UHGV virus genome: UHGV-2113617
From: a virus
DNA: 64,000 nucleotides
Direction: 5' to 3' (one strand)
This document shows, piece after piece, positions 45,745 through 55,089 of this stretch; the stretch's first letter is position 1, and every line of letters starts with the position of its first letter. The notes below the pieces were generated by a model. That model was not told the origin of the DNA. It saw only the letters and a list, made by a program, of their open reading frames with translations, and did no database searches. The translations under genes and the position numbers were made by a program.

Positions 45745-45997
45745 TAATAATCGCCTTATAAAGATGGCTAATTTCGCCTAAAATATAATCACTGATTGTA
45801 ACAGTTTTCACTTCACCACAAAAGAATTCTAACGCAATCAAATCTCGTTCAATTTCTTCCAATTGAAGCATTAACTTGCCTGATTTAATTTTTACATTTG
45901 TACGATTTTTACTATAAGCTATTTCATAAATTTCGCTTACTTTATCTTGAAGTAAATAAAACTGGTCTTTAGTTATTTCCACGAATAGCTTCCTCAA
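45737..45997 (-). CDS. hypothetical protein (dexA.2-like)
   Basis: 86 aa ORF. Confidence 0.4.
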   Translation of the reverse strand: MRKLFVEITKDQFYLLQDKVSEIYEIAYSKNRTNVKIKSGKLMLQLEEIERDLIALEFFCGEVKTVTISDYILGEISHLYKAIIND

Positions 45998-46003
45998 ATT
46001 TAA

Positions 46004-47323
46004 TCATACATAAAACACATCATAACGACCACGTGTTACACCAACATAAAGAAGCTGCTGCGCTAGTTCAGCATCTGCATAATGAATACAAGGCGTATAG
46101 ATAAAAGCACGGTCTACAGACATGCCCTGAGCTTTGTGGAATGTTGATGCAGGAAGTGCTTTCACTTTACTAAACTGTGATTTAGCATCCCAAAAATCAC
46201 TCCATGGAGCTTTTCCACCTTTATTCCAATTTTTATAAGTTTCTGCCGTTTTACCTAAAAATAAGTTAAACTTATACAGCTCTTCATCAGATGAAATTAT
46301 TTTAATCTTTTCACGATAATATTCATCATCGCCGTAAGTTTCTACTGTTAAATCCCAATGACGAATTAGATATTCTCCAGAAACACCACGAGCTTTAACA
46401 AATGTTGATGTATACTCTGCTTCTATAATACGAACTAATTGTCCGTTATTAAAAATAATTTCTGACACAGGCTTTCCATCAATTTTATATGTTTTAATTA
46501 ACGGTTCCTGCATTACAATAATTTCACCGACAATAAAATCTTTATCAGTTTCAAAAATCTTTTTACGAATAATGCTATTTAACTTATCAACAGATTTATT
46601 CGTAAATGCCATTACGCGATTTTCAAACAAATCATCTAGTGATTTGACGATTGAAAAATAATTTACCATAAAATCACGTAAAGCGGTATCACCGGTAAAT
46701 CCACGTACTCCATGCCCATCAATAATTTTATCATAAATCCACTTACCGTTACGAACATCAGTAGCTACATCAATAATAGGAGCATTACTGCGTTTAACTT
46801 CAGTGAGTTCACACTGATAAAAATCTTTATGTGTAAAGAATGGACTGATATAAGCAGTGTTTTCTCCTGGGTCAACAGGTCTAATTTGCTTATTATCGCC
46901 TATTCCAATTATAGTACACCATGGCGGGATAGTTGAAAGCAGAATTTTAAATAGCTTTCTATCATACATTGATACTTCGTCGCAGATTAATACTCTGCAT
47001 TTAGCCAAATCTGGCACTTCTTTTTGTTCAAAAAGAACGTTTTCTTCGTATGTTACTGGGTTAATTTTAAGAATACTGTGAATAGTACTCGCTTCTTTCC
47101 CTGATAGTTTTGAAAGAATCTTTTTAGCTGCATGTGTAGGAGCTGCTAAAATAATTCCAGTTTCGCCTGTAGATATTAAGGCTTCAATAATGAACTTAGT
47201 AAGAGTAGTCTTACCAGTACCAGCAGGTCCATTAATAGTTACATGATGTTTCTTTTCTTTAATAGCCCTCATAACGATGTTAAAGGCATTTTTCTGGCCT
47301 TCTGTCAAATCATCAAATGTCAT
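46004..47323 (-). CDS. dda: Dda DNA helicase (SF1B)
   Basis: 439 aa; Walker A GPAGTGKT; matches recalled T4 Dda. Confidence 0.95.
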   Translation of the reverse strand: MTFDDLTEGQKNAFNIVMRAIKEKKHHVTINGPAGTGKTTLTKFIIEALISTGETGIILAAPTHAAKKILSKLSGKEASTIHSILKINPVTYEENVLFEQKEVPDLAKCRVLICDEVSMYDRKLFKILLSTIPPWCTIIGIGDNKQIRPVDPGENTAYISPFFTHKDFYQCELTEVKRSNAPIIDVATDVRNGKWIYDKIIDGHGVRGFTGDTALRDFMVNYFSIVKSLDDLFENRVMAFTNKSVDKLNSIIRKKIFETDKDFIVGEIIVMQEPLIKTYKIDGKPVSEIIFNNGQLVRIIEAEYTSTFVKARGVSGEYLIRHWDLTVETYGDDEYYREKIKIISSDEELYKFNLFLGKTAETYKNWNKGGKAPWSDFWDAKSQFSKVKALPASTFHKAQGMSVDRAFIYTPCIHYADAELAQQLLYVGVTRGRYDVFYV

Positions 47324-47631
47324 CGTAAATTCCCTGCAATTGGTATACTAACAATACGCCCAGTATCTAAAATTCGCCGATATAATCTTTGCGTGTCTAC
47401 ATCAGGCTTAACATGTTTAACTTCTATTTTATTAAACCAAAACCTGCGTGGAGTCTCAACTAATCTCGGAATTCCCATACCTAAAGCTAGTCGATACTGC
47501 TCTTTAAGAGTAGTAAATACTTTATCAGCAATCTCCCTTTCAAAAAATACAGCAGGACGATGTTCATCAAGAGGAACAGGCACCGCAAATCCATCTTTAT
47601 CTCTATACACTATCGCATATACATAAAACAT
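47320..47631 (-). CDS. hypothetical protein (dda.1-like)
   Basis: 103 aa ORF, ATGA overlap with dda. Confidence 0.45.
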   Translation of the reverse strand: MFYVYAIVYRDKDGFAVPVPLDEHRPAVFFEREIADKVFTTLKEQYRLALGMGIPRLVETPRRFWFNKIEVKHVKPDVDTQRLYRRILDTGRIVSIPIAGNLR

Positions 47632-47632
47632 A

Positions 47633-48371
47633 TTATCCTCGGATAAGTTTAAAAATTGAACAATTTAGCGGGTATCCTCTTTTCAGTTTAAGTTTATCAA
47701 TAAAAGACAAGTTTTGATACCGCTCTACACCTTGAATAATTTTATCACACATATCATATTGCATTTCTGCTTCTGACAGCTTTTTCACAGTTTTCCAATC
47801 CGAGCCTTTAAGAAGAACGTTCAATTTAACAACTTCAGCACCTTCTGCTATACGAGAACCATCAATACGAGCTTTAAGTGCTATAATCGTTAGCTTAACG
47901 TCAGAAGTTTGTTTTGATTTAGAAAGTGTGTTCAATTCGGTTTTCACGTTTTTTCTGTATAGCTTTAATTTGATTATAAGTCTTTTTGATTTTAGCCCAT
48001 TTCTTTTCATCTAAATTTAGTTTATGAACTTTTTTCGCAGATGAACGACCAATTCGCAAAGCAAATAAATCACGCTTTTCAATCAACTCTTCTAAAGTAT
48101 AATCAGAACGAAATGTATTATACTTTTTCTTTACTGCAATAACATTCCCTTTAATGTATCCAACGTTATTATCAAAACGTTCTAATGATAATTTCTCTCC
48201 TTCAATACGATTATCAAAAGGTTCTCCCGAGTAAGCGCAAACTTTCTGATCTAAAATGTTCTTAATGTAATTGAAGTCTAAGTTAAAATCTTTAGAACGT
48301 CTTTTAGCAGATGCCTGAGTATGCTCTAGACGACGTGTAATTTTACGAATTTGATTTTTAGACAGTTTCAT
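47633..48371 (-). pseudogene. srd: srd-like gene apparently interrupted by a frameshift
   Basis: Two ORFs (47919..48371 and 47633..48010) overlap by 92 nt in different frames and together span ~246 codons where T4 has one srd gene; A6 run near 47947..47952. Confidence 0.4.
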
Positions 48372-48486
48372 ATTTTTCTCACGGACGGTTAACTACTTAT
48401 ACTATAACATTTTTACTTCAGATTGTAAACAACTTTATGAAAAATGCTTTAAAACTTTCATGGTATAATGAATCTAAGTCCTTCCA

Positions 48487-49089
48487 TTATAGATTAAATC
48501 CTTCAAAGTCAAGAGTATAGATAGTGTATGTTGAATACTTTTTATACTCATATCTATCCGCAATTCTAAATACACTTCCAGCTGGTATCATTACTTCTTG
48601 TTCATCTGAAACTAATTCCATATTACGATAGCGATGGCTATCTGGAAACTTAAAACTTGGACTATATTCTTTACAACGTAGAGCTTTTATAGCATACTCC
48701 TGGAAATTAAATACCATAGGAGCTTTGAATTCAAAAATAACTTGCGTGTTGTATTCTAATCCAGAAGCAAAATGTAGAGCTATATTTTTATCATATGAAG
48801 CTGATACTACTTTATCAAATGTAATAATATCAATTCCTTGATTTAACACCTGCTTAGTCTCAACTGGAACACCTCTCCAAAGAGGTTTATCGTTTGGTTC
48901 CAAACGAGATTTGATTATTTCATTTAACCAAGAGTGGTCGTCTGGCTTATTAGTAATACAATGAATTAAAAGTTCAATTTCGGATAAATTAAATCCTTCA
49001 GAAAGTAATTCTTCACGAATAGAAGCACGCACCGATGCATCCATTGATTTGATTTTAAAATCTTTTAATTGCATTGCTGAATATTTCAT
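48487..49089 (-). CDS. modA: ADP-ribosyltransferase ModA
   Basis: 200 aa; EQEVMIP motif; size and position as T4 modA. Confidence 0.7.
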   Translation of the reverse strand: MKYSAMQLKDFKIKSMDASVRASIREELLSEGFNLSEIELLIHCITNKPDDHSWLNEIIKSRLEPNDKPLWRGVPVETKQVLNQGIDIITFDKVVSASYDKNIALHFASGLEYNTQVIFEFKAPMVFNFQEYAIKALRCKEYSPSFKFPDSHRYRNMELVSDEQEVMIPAGSVFRIADRYEYKKYSTYTIYTLDFEGFNL

Positions 49090-49721
49090 TCAACTACCTC
49101 AATATCATACACTTTAAATGTTCCAAATGAATCGTGTAATTTTTCTTTTGAAATAGAAGTTATTTTATACTTTCCAATTGGAATCATCCATTCTTGTTCA
49201 CGCACAATCATCATTAAGTTATCAGTACGTTCTGAATCTAATCCATCAGTATCTTCATATGTATACTTAAACTCAGTATTAGGAGAAGAAAGTATAATAT
49301 CGCTGATATGGTCAGAATAATTAAAAGCTTTATCAGTTTTTAAGCGAAATATTATTTCAGTGAAATATTCAGCATAAGAAAAAGAACACGCTGTGTGCAA
49401 ACTAGTAGTAAATGAATCTACCCTGTTCGTTGAAAACACTTCTCCAACTTGTAAATCTTTAATGAGCTCTTTTGTCGATTTTGATATACCACGATATAGC
49501 TGATAAGGTGATTTAGTTAAATGCTTTTTAACGATTTTATTCAACTGCCAGTGAAGAGCTTCATTCTTTTTGGCTTCCATACATTGCCAAAGAACTGACT
49601 GTTCAAAGTCAGTAAATTTTTCACAGACCTTTTTATACATATCATATTGAAAATCAACACTTTCAGCTTTTATAGATAACTGTTCAACATCTGCGAGATT
49701 AATAATCATGATAGCCTCCAT
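49086..49721 (-). CDS. modB: ADP-ribosyltransferase ModB
   Basis: 211 aa; EQEWMIP motif; paralog of the preceding ORF. Confidence 0.7.
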   Translation of the reverse strand: MEAIMIINLADVEQLSIKAESVDFQYDMYKKVCEKFTDFEQSVLWQCMEAKKNEALHWQLNKIVKKHLTKSPYQLYRGISKSTKELIKDLQVGEVFSTNRVDSFTTSLHTACSFSYAEYFTEIIFRLKTDKAFNYSDHISDIILSSPNTEFKYTYEDTDGLDSERTDNLMMIVREQEWMIPIGKYKITSISKEKLHDSFGTFKVYDIEVVE

Positions 49722-49776
49722 ATACTTCAGAAGCTATCATATCATTGTTAGGAAGGAAAGTAAACAACTTTTTGAA

Positions 49777-49959
49777 TTATTTTGCCCAGGGAGCCCAGGG
49801 CGGAGGGTCAAGATGGTATGAAGCTAGTTCTTCTAGAAGAGCATCTGGGGCTTCAATTCCATAATTCTGTAATACTATACGGTACTCTTTCTTATAATCA
49901 CTAGAATCATTCTGGATATTCGTAGAATGATTATCTTCTAACATCTCAAATAAATCCAT
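49777..49959 (-). CDS. hypothetical protein
   Basis: 60 aa ORF. Confidence 0.35.
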   Translation of the reverse strand: MDLFEMLEDNHSTNIQNDSSDYKKEYRIVLQNYGIEAPDALLEELASYHLDPPPWAPWAK

Positions 49960-49967
49960 ATTAATTC

Positions 49968-50438
49968 CTAGCGATAAAAACCAAAATAACGATTAGCTTC
50001 AATAATTTTTCTTTCTTCTTCGGACATTCTCCAGCGTAGTCCAACATCAAAATGAGCCCAGACCATCTTAACAAATGCATTTATATCTTTAATATCTTCA
50101 ATAATGAATGTTTTACTTTTAAAAGGTTGACTCGCTAATTTAACTTTATCATCTTCAAACAGGTCAAAAAGACCATATTCATGAGCTCTTTTATATCCTT
50201 TAATAGTTAAAGCTTCAGAAGAAGAAAATGGTGAATCAGTATTCTGCAAAATATCTTCAGTATGTTTTATAATTAGAATAACATTTTCTGGATATTTTCT
50301 TTCTTTTATATCTTTAATTAAAATATCCGGATTTTCTGCTAAAGGAATAATTAATGAGCACTCTTTATCAAGTGTATTTACTGATTTGCCTTCTTTAGAC
50401 ATAAATTCTATTGAATATAGTTTTGCTACTTCAATCAT
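49968..50438 (-). CDS. hypothetical protein
   Basis: 156 aa ORF. Confidence 0.45.
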   Translation of the reverse strand: MIEVAKLYSIEFMSKEGKSVNTLDKECSLIIPLAENPDILIKDIKERKYPENVILIIKHTEDILQNTDSPFSSSEALTIKGYKRAHEYGLFDLFEDDKVKLASQPFKSKTFIIEDIKDINAFVKMVWAHFDVGLRWRMSEEERKIIEANRYFGFYR

Positions 50439-50591
50439 GTGATTTCCTCTTGCCTACTAATGGGCCGTCAGGAATTTTGTTTTCCTGGATATATTTCTCA
50501 TTTTCTTCCATCATTTTACTGCCAATTTTAAGAAGCAAATCCAGTGCTTCATTTGCTTTAGCCTTGGCCTCTTCTAGCGTCATATCTCTGT

Positions 50592-50795
50592 TCACGATTT
50601 ATCCCCATAGATGTCTCTCATCAATTTAAGCGCTGAGCGTTCTAATTTCTTTTCTTTCTCAGCGCTAATCATTGATTTCATCCATTCTTCTGATTCGTTC
50701 TGCATTTCTTTATTTGCCTGTTCAACCCAACCATCATCAATGTACATTGAGTTTGGTCTATTGAACCATTCAAACATTTTCTTCAGAACTTTCAT
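50592..50795 (-). CDS. hypothetical protein
   Basis: 67 aa ORF. Confidence 0.35.
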   Translation of the reverse strand: MKVLKKMFEWFNRPNSMYIDDGWVEQANKEMQNESEEWMKSMISAEKEKKLERSALKLMRDIYGDKS

Positions 50796-51267
50796 TTGTT
50801 TTACCTAAAACAACAGTAGGAGCATCATCAAATTTATGAATTTTTAGCAAATTTGGATTTAAACTATTCCATAAAGAGGTAATAAAATATGATAGCGCAT
50901 TTTCTTCCGTAATTATAAATTTATTTCCCTTATCTATTTTCCAGTCATATATTGAATCATATGAATATAATGGCAACGGTTTATTGTTATAATATGCTTC
51001 AGCAACATCAATATAGTTAGATTTAGTAAATGCTTGAATTGACATAAATGGAGAATTTCGTACAGTTTCAATAATTCCGATCTTTTTAAGCTTTATTTCA
51101 ACATCTTCTGGAACTGGCATTGAAATAAAATCTTCTACTAGATACATGTTATTATCATATCTTTTATCAATCATTACTGCTACGGTAATTGGAACGTCTT
51201 TAGCAAACGACATACTATTACTGCTAATATACATTTCAAACAAAATCGCTTCCATAATTTTCCTCAA
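50770..51267 (-). CDS. hypothetical protein
   Basis: 165 aa ORF. Confidence 0.45.
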   Translation of the reverse strand: MRKIMEAILFEMYISSNSMSFAKDVPITVAVMIDKRYDNNMYLVEDFISMPVPEDVEIKLKKIGIIETVRNSPFMSIQAFTKSNYIDVAEAYYNNKPLPLYSYDSIYDWKIDKGNKFIITEENALSYFITSLWNSLNPNLLKIHKFDDAPTVVLGKTNESSEENV

Positions 51268-51605
51268 TCACAAGATGTAGATGAACAACTAGAATCACAA
51301 GAACTTCCACATGAATCACCTGCCCATACATAAACAGGAACATTAGTGTCATATAAATCAGAACTAGACTGTGTATTCTGTGCATTAGATGATGCAGTAG
51401 GTGTTGACCAGCGCCAAGGATTTTTATAATATTCTTGGGCTTCTTCATAAGTCATAGTAACTGCTTCTACTGTTCCATCTCCCATATAAACATATTCAAC
51501 TACAGTTAAAGGAAGGTAGTCATTTGAAATAGGAACTACACCTTCTCCGGGAGTTGTAGAGAAAAAATCCGTAAAGAAACTTTTAAACCAATTAAAGATA
51601 AACAT
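51264..51605 (-). CDS. hypothetical protein with Cys/Ser-rich C-terminal tail
   Basis: 113 aa; C-terminus [18 protein letters not shown]. Confidence 0.45.
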   Translation of the reverse strand: MFIFNWFKSFFTDFFSTTPGEGVVPISNDYLPLTVVEYVYMGDGTVEAVTMTYEEAQEYYKNPWRWSTPTASSNAQNTQSSSDLYDTNVPVYVWAGDSCGSSCDSSCSSTSCD

Positions 51606-51811
51606 TACAAAAAGCCTCTTTTGAATTCGACTTGCTTTTCGCCATAATCATATCGAATCTCTGCATTAAATTCGACAGAACCATCTGCGTACATCATAAA
51701 TGAATGCACAACAACTTCTGTAGACCATGGCTGTAGTTCATATTTCTTCATTACATGCCGTGAAATGATAATATCTAAATCTTCATTTGGTTTAATCCAA
51801 CGATTTAACAT
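51605..51811 (-). CDS. hypothetical protein
   Basis: 68 aa ORF. Confidence 0.4.
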   Translation of the reverse strand: MLNRWIKPNEDLDIIISRHVMKKYELQPWSTEVVVHSFMMYADGSVEFNAEIRYDYGEKQVEFKRGFL

Positions 51812-51871
51812 AGTGCTCTCCTCTATAAGATAATTCTATTATACCATACTTGTTTTGGAAAGTAAACCGGT

Positions 51872-51903
51872 AAAATGAAAAAAGGACTCCCGAAGGAGTC
51901 CTT
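51872..51903 (-). terminator. rho-independent terminator after soc
   Basis: Minus-strand hairpin GGACUCC-UUCG-GGAGUCC followed by UUUUUUCAUUUU. Confidence 0.65.
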
Positions 51904-51909
51904 GAATTA

Positions 51910-52155
51910 TTAACCACCAGTTACTTTCCACAAATCTTCATTTGCAGTAATCCATGCAGCACGTTGATTTTCTTCATATACCGTAGAATATGCTGCTTTT
52001 TCTGAAGGGAATATCTGGTAATGAGCGCCAGAAATTTTGTGAACGTCAGAATAAAGAGGGAAAGCTACAGAAATTTCCTTTCCTTCAATTTTCTTATTTC
52101 CATCTAATTTCTGCTCAAATGTTTTAATATTAACATAACCGCGAGTACTAGCCAT
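51910..52155 (-). CDS. soc: small outer capsid protein Soc
   Basis: 81 aa; MASTRGYVNIKTFEQKLDGNKKIEGKEISVAFPLY.. matches recalled T4 Soc. Confidence 0.9.
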   Translation of the reverse strand: MASTRGYVNIKTFEQKLDGNKKIEGKEISVAFPLYSDVHKISGAHYQIFPSEKAAYSTVYEENQRAAWITANEDLWKVTGG

Positions 52156-52185
52156 GTAATTCTCCTTTTATTTAAATTACATGAC

Positions 52186-52193
52186 TATTTATA
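52186..52193 (-). promoter_or_regulatory. late promoter TATAAATA for soc
   Basis: Minus strand TATAAATA ~30 nt upstream of soc ATG. Confidence 0.55.
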
Positions 52194-52237
52194 ATAAATT
52201 CTCACATCTTTTAAGTCATCGTTTAATAAACGAATTA

Positions 52238-52756
52238 TTAATAACCTCGGTCTTGACGAGCGAAGTTTTCAGCATTTTTTAGATAATAAAGTTTAAAGAT
52301 TTCTTCAGCCGTAAGACCGAGACCTTGGAACATGTTCAGAACGAAATGAAGAATATCAATCATTTCGAATTTAATTTCCAACTGGTCTTGCAGAGACAAA
52401 TCAGTAATTAGAGTTTCACGACGTTCACCATGCTGCGACTTCCAAGGCTTCCATACAGCAGATGCATCTTTTTCACCATTGCTCATACCACCAAGAGAAG
52501 TCAGAAGTTCGCGGAATTCATCATCAATATAATCTTTCTGATTACGCAACCAATCAACAACTTCACCTGCAGTAGCCAAATCATCAGGATGACGGTTATA
52601 TTCAGGTTTATCTTTAGCTAAACGAACCTGCAGAGATTTCTGCATGTCAAGCATAACTTGCAACGGGTCTTTTTCATCACCGAGAATATCCCAGTATTCA
52701 TTTTGAGCTTTATCAGCGCCTTCAATCAGTTGACTACATTCGTTGAAATGTGGCAT
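52238..52756 (-). CDS. 56: dCTP pyrophosphatase gp56 (MazG-like)
   Basis: 172 aa; size and position of T4 gene 56, directly adjacent to soc. Confidence 0.75.
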   Translation of the reverse strand: MPHFNECSQLIEGADKAQNEYWDILGDEKDPLQVMLDMQKSLQVRLAKDKPEYNRHPDDLATAGEVVDWLRNQKDYIDDEFRELLTSLGGMSNGEKDASAVWKPWKSQHGERRETLITDLSLQDQLEIKFEMIDILHFVLNMFQGLGLTAEEIFKLYYLKNAENFARQDRGY

Positions 52757-52829
52757 GTTATTTTTCCTTTCAATTCATGGGTTAGTAGATTAATTATACA
52801 ATAAATATATAAAGCAATAAGGAGGATAT

Positions 52830-53030
52830 ATGGTACAAAAATTAATGGCACTTGTCGATGCCATAAAAGGTAATAAAAAACGTATAGCTTTTACTGTTTC
52901 TGCTATGGTAGGAATTTTACTCTGGAATTTTGTTTTATCACCAATTGCTATTGCTCATGGTGTTAATATTCCAGTAATTACTCTTGATACATTCGTAGAT
53001 TTAGCATTTGCTTTGGTTGGGTTAATTTAA
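52830..53030 (+). CDS. small hydrophobic protein on the opposite strand
   Basis: 66 aa, two predicted TM segments; AAGGAGG SD 7 nt upstream of ATG; TATAAAG motif just upstream. Confidence 0.4.
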   Translation: MVQKLMALVDAIKGNKKRIAFTVSAMVGILLWNFVLSPIAIAHGVNIPVITLDTFVDLAFALVGLI

Positions 53031-54055
53031 ATCTTAGCATATTTAGATAGCCGCATTTTAGCCATCAACCCTTGGGCAATATTATTTTTCATATATTCCA
53101 TAATTTGTTTAGGGGTTGCACCTTCCTTTCTAATCATATCATTAACATCTTTTGATTTCCAGGGAGATTTATCCCAAAACATAACCCTTTCTCCTGCATC
53201 AACTAATTTAGTCATTCGTTTAATAGTGTCAGGGTGACGAGGTTCATTATCTAAAACCCATACACGTCTATCTTTAAATGGAACAATTTCTAGGTCTAAT
53301 TGACCACCTGTAATAGCTATACCATTTTCAATAAAAAGTGAATCTATAGGTCCTTCTAGAACATATACATCACCATCTTTAACCCGTTCAACACCATAGA
53401 TTTTTGTTGCCTCAGGATAAGCCTTGATGGTGATATATTTTTGAGGAGCATCTTTCTTTAACGCACGTCCTTGAAAAGACTCAGCTTTTCCATTAGCATT
53501 ATAAATTGGAATAACAAGACGAGGCTCAGGTATTTCCTTTTTATATGTTCCTGGTGCTATACTATTAACTAATTTAGGCCATTCGGTTGTAAACCAAAGA
53601 TATTTCCATTTATCCTTTGGAATACAACGAGCTTTTACGTATTTTATAATTGGATGGTCTTCTGCCAGTTTATCTAATCTAATACATGACGGAAGAGATT
53701 TAATTATTTTCTTCTCAGGTTGTTTAGGAAGTTCTTTAGGTTTTTCTGCTGGACGACTTTTACCTTTTTCTTTTCTTATTTCAAAGATATACTCACGATA
53801 TAAATCGGGTTCAAACTCCTTTAAATATATTCCGATTGGTGCATGATAGTTACAGTTATAACAATGAATATTTCCTTCATTATTATCACCATAATACCAT
53901 CCACGAGCTTTATTTTGGTCGGTTTTTGAATCTCCACAAACAGGGCATCTAAACCGTAATTTAAAAGTTGAACTATTATTTACTTGTGTGAATTTAGGTA
54001 AATGAGCTAGCGCACGATATGCAAACTCATTATCAATCCAAGGTATTGATGACAT
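53027..54055 (-). CDS. 61: DNA primase gp61
   Basis: 342 aa; N-terminal zinc ribbon CPVCGDS..CYNC and TOPRIM region. Confidence 0.95.
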   Translation of the reverse strand: MSSIPWIDNEFAYRALAHLPKFTQVNNSSTFKLRFRCPVCGDSKTDQNKARGWYYGDNNEGNIHCYNCNYHAPIGIYLKEFEPDLYREYIFEIRKEKGKSRPAEKPKELPKQPEKKIIKSLPSCIRLDKLAEDHPIIKYVKARCIPKDKWKYLWFTTEWPKLVNSIAPGTYKKEIPEPRLVIPIYNANGKAESFQGRALKKDAPQKYITIKAYPEATKIYGVERVKDGDVYVLEGPIDSLFIENGIAITGGQLDLEIVPFKDRRVWVLDNEPRHPDTIKRMTKLVDAGERVMFWDKSPWKSKDVNDMIRKEGATPKQIMEYMKNNIAQGLMAKMRLSKYAKI

Positions 54056-54058
54056 TTT

Positions 54059-54223
54059 TTACTCTTCTTTTTCTTTAGATTCCTCTTTTTTCTTTTTAGG
54101 AATCTGTTCAGGACCTTTATTTACTACAGCGCCTGACGTTGTTCCAGTAGAGATATTTTCAGGATTACCACCTGAATCTCCAGCTACCATATCTTCTTTA
54201 ATAAATTCTTTAAACGTTTTCAT
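54059..54223 (-). CDS. small hypothetical protein (61.1-like)
   Basis: 54 aa ORF below track cutoff. Confidence 0.3.
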   Translation of the reverse strand: MKTFKEFIKEDMVAGDSGGNPENISTGTTSGAVVNKGPEQIPKKKKEESKEKEE

Positions 54224-54235
54224 ATTAGCCTCTAA

Positions 54236-54529
54236 TTATTCACCTACCACTTCAGCGATGATATTTTTATTATTGAAGTTTTTATCACAATACAGAACGT
54301 AATTATACTGCATTACACCACCAGACTTAAGTTGTTTTTGTACTTCAGCTTTCATTTCAGGGCGATCACGCTCAACGATATTCATAATATCTGCTTCAAT
54401 CTGAGTTTCAACCTCAGTCTGATCTGCAGTCATAGACCATTCACACAAATCTTTGTCATAACCCGCCATAGCAGGCTGGGCAGCACAAGAAGATAAAGCA
54501 AAAATTGCAGCAAAGATAAATTTTTTCAT
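54236..54529 (-). CDS. sp: periplasmic Spackle-like protein
   Basis: 97 aa with cleavable signal peptide; size and position of T4 sp. Confidence 0.65.
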   Translation of the reverse strand: MKKFIFAAIFALSSCAAQPAMAGYDKDLCEWSMTADQTEVETQIEADIMNIVERDRPEMKAEVQKQLKSGGVMQYNYVLYCDKNFNNKNIIAEVVGE

Positions 54530-54544
54530 GATAATCTCCTCAGT

Positions 54545-54595
54545 AGTTTATGTTTATATAGTATCTCAATTTCCAATAAAAGTAAACAATTATTT
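54545..54595 (-). promoter_or_regulatory. T4-type early promoter-like element upstream of sp
   Basis: Minus strand GTTTAC, spacer, TACTATATAAAC. Confidence 0.35.
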
Positions 54596-54847
54596 TAAAA
54601 CTTCTGCATAATCACATGTTGCAAACTGTTTCTCTAACTTGGCGATTTTACGAAAGTATCTTTTGCATTGACGAATCTGTCGCTTCGTAGGGCGCACAGC
54701 AAACTTAATAAATTCCACTCGACCAAATGGAGGACTTTCTTCTGCCGGAATATCTAATACTAATTCCCACGTATCTGCAATAAGTGCTTTGAATTGAGTA
54801 TTTTTCCTGACGTTATGTGGAGTAGGTTTAAATAAAACAATATGCAT
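54590..54847 (-). CDS. hypothetical protein
   Basis: Track ORF 54590..54889 trimmed to ATG 54847 with GAGGATAAT SD. Confidence 0.4.
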   Translation of the reverse strand: MHIVLFKPTPHNVRKNTQFKALIADTWELVLDIPAEESPPFGRVEFIKFAVRPTKRQIRQCKRYFRKIAKLEKQFATCDYAEVLK

Positions 54848-54848
54848 A

Positions 54849-55031
54849 TTATCCTCGGTAATCAACTTCACATACTTTCTTGTCATCAATGAAAGCTTTA
54901 ACTAATGCTTTATTAACTTCAGCATATTGAGTAGTAGCCCATTGAACGTCATCTTTCATCATTGTGATTTCTTTAGTAAACATGCTTTCGTTCTTAAACC
55001 ACCCCATAAAAACTACCTTTACCAATTCCAT
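54849..55031 (-). CDS. dmd: Dmd antitoxin (discriminator of mRNA degradation)
   Basis: 60 aa; MELVKVVFMGWFKNESMFTKEI.. matches recalled T4 Dmd; immediately downstream of gene 41. Confidence 0.75.
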   Translation of the reverse strand: MELVKVVFMGWFKNESMFTKEITMMKDDVQWATTQYAEVNKALVKAFIDDKKVCEVDYRG

Positions 55032-55089
55032 AACAATCTCCTCATTTAACCGACAAGACTACTATACCATAGTCTTGTCAGCTTGTAAA

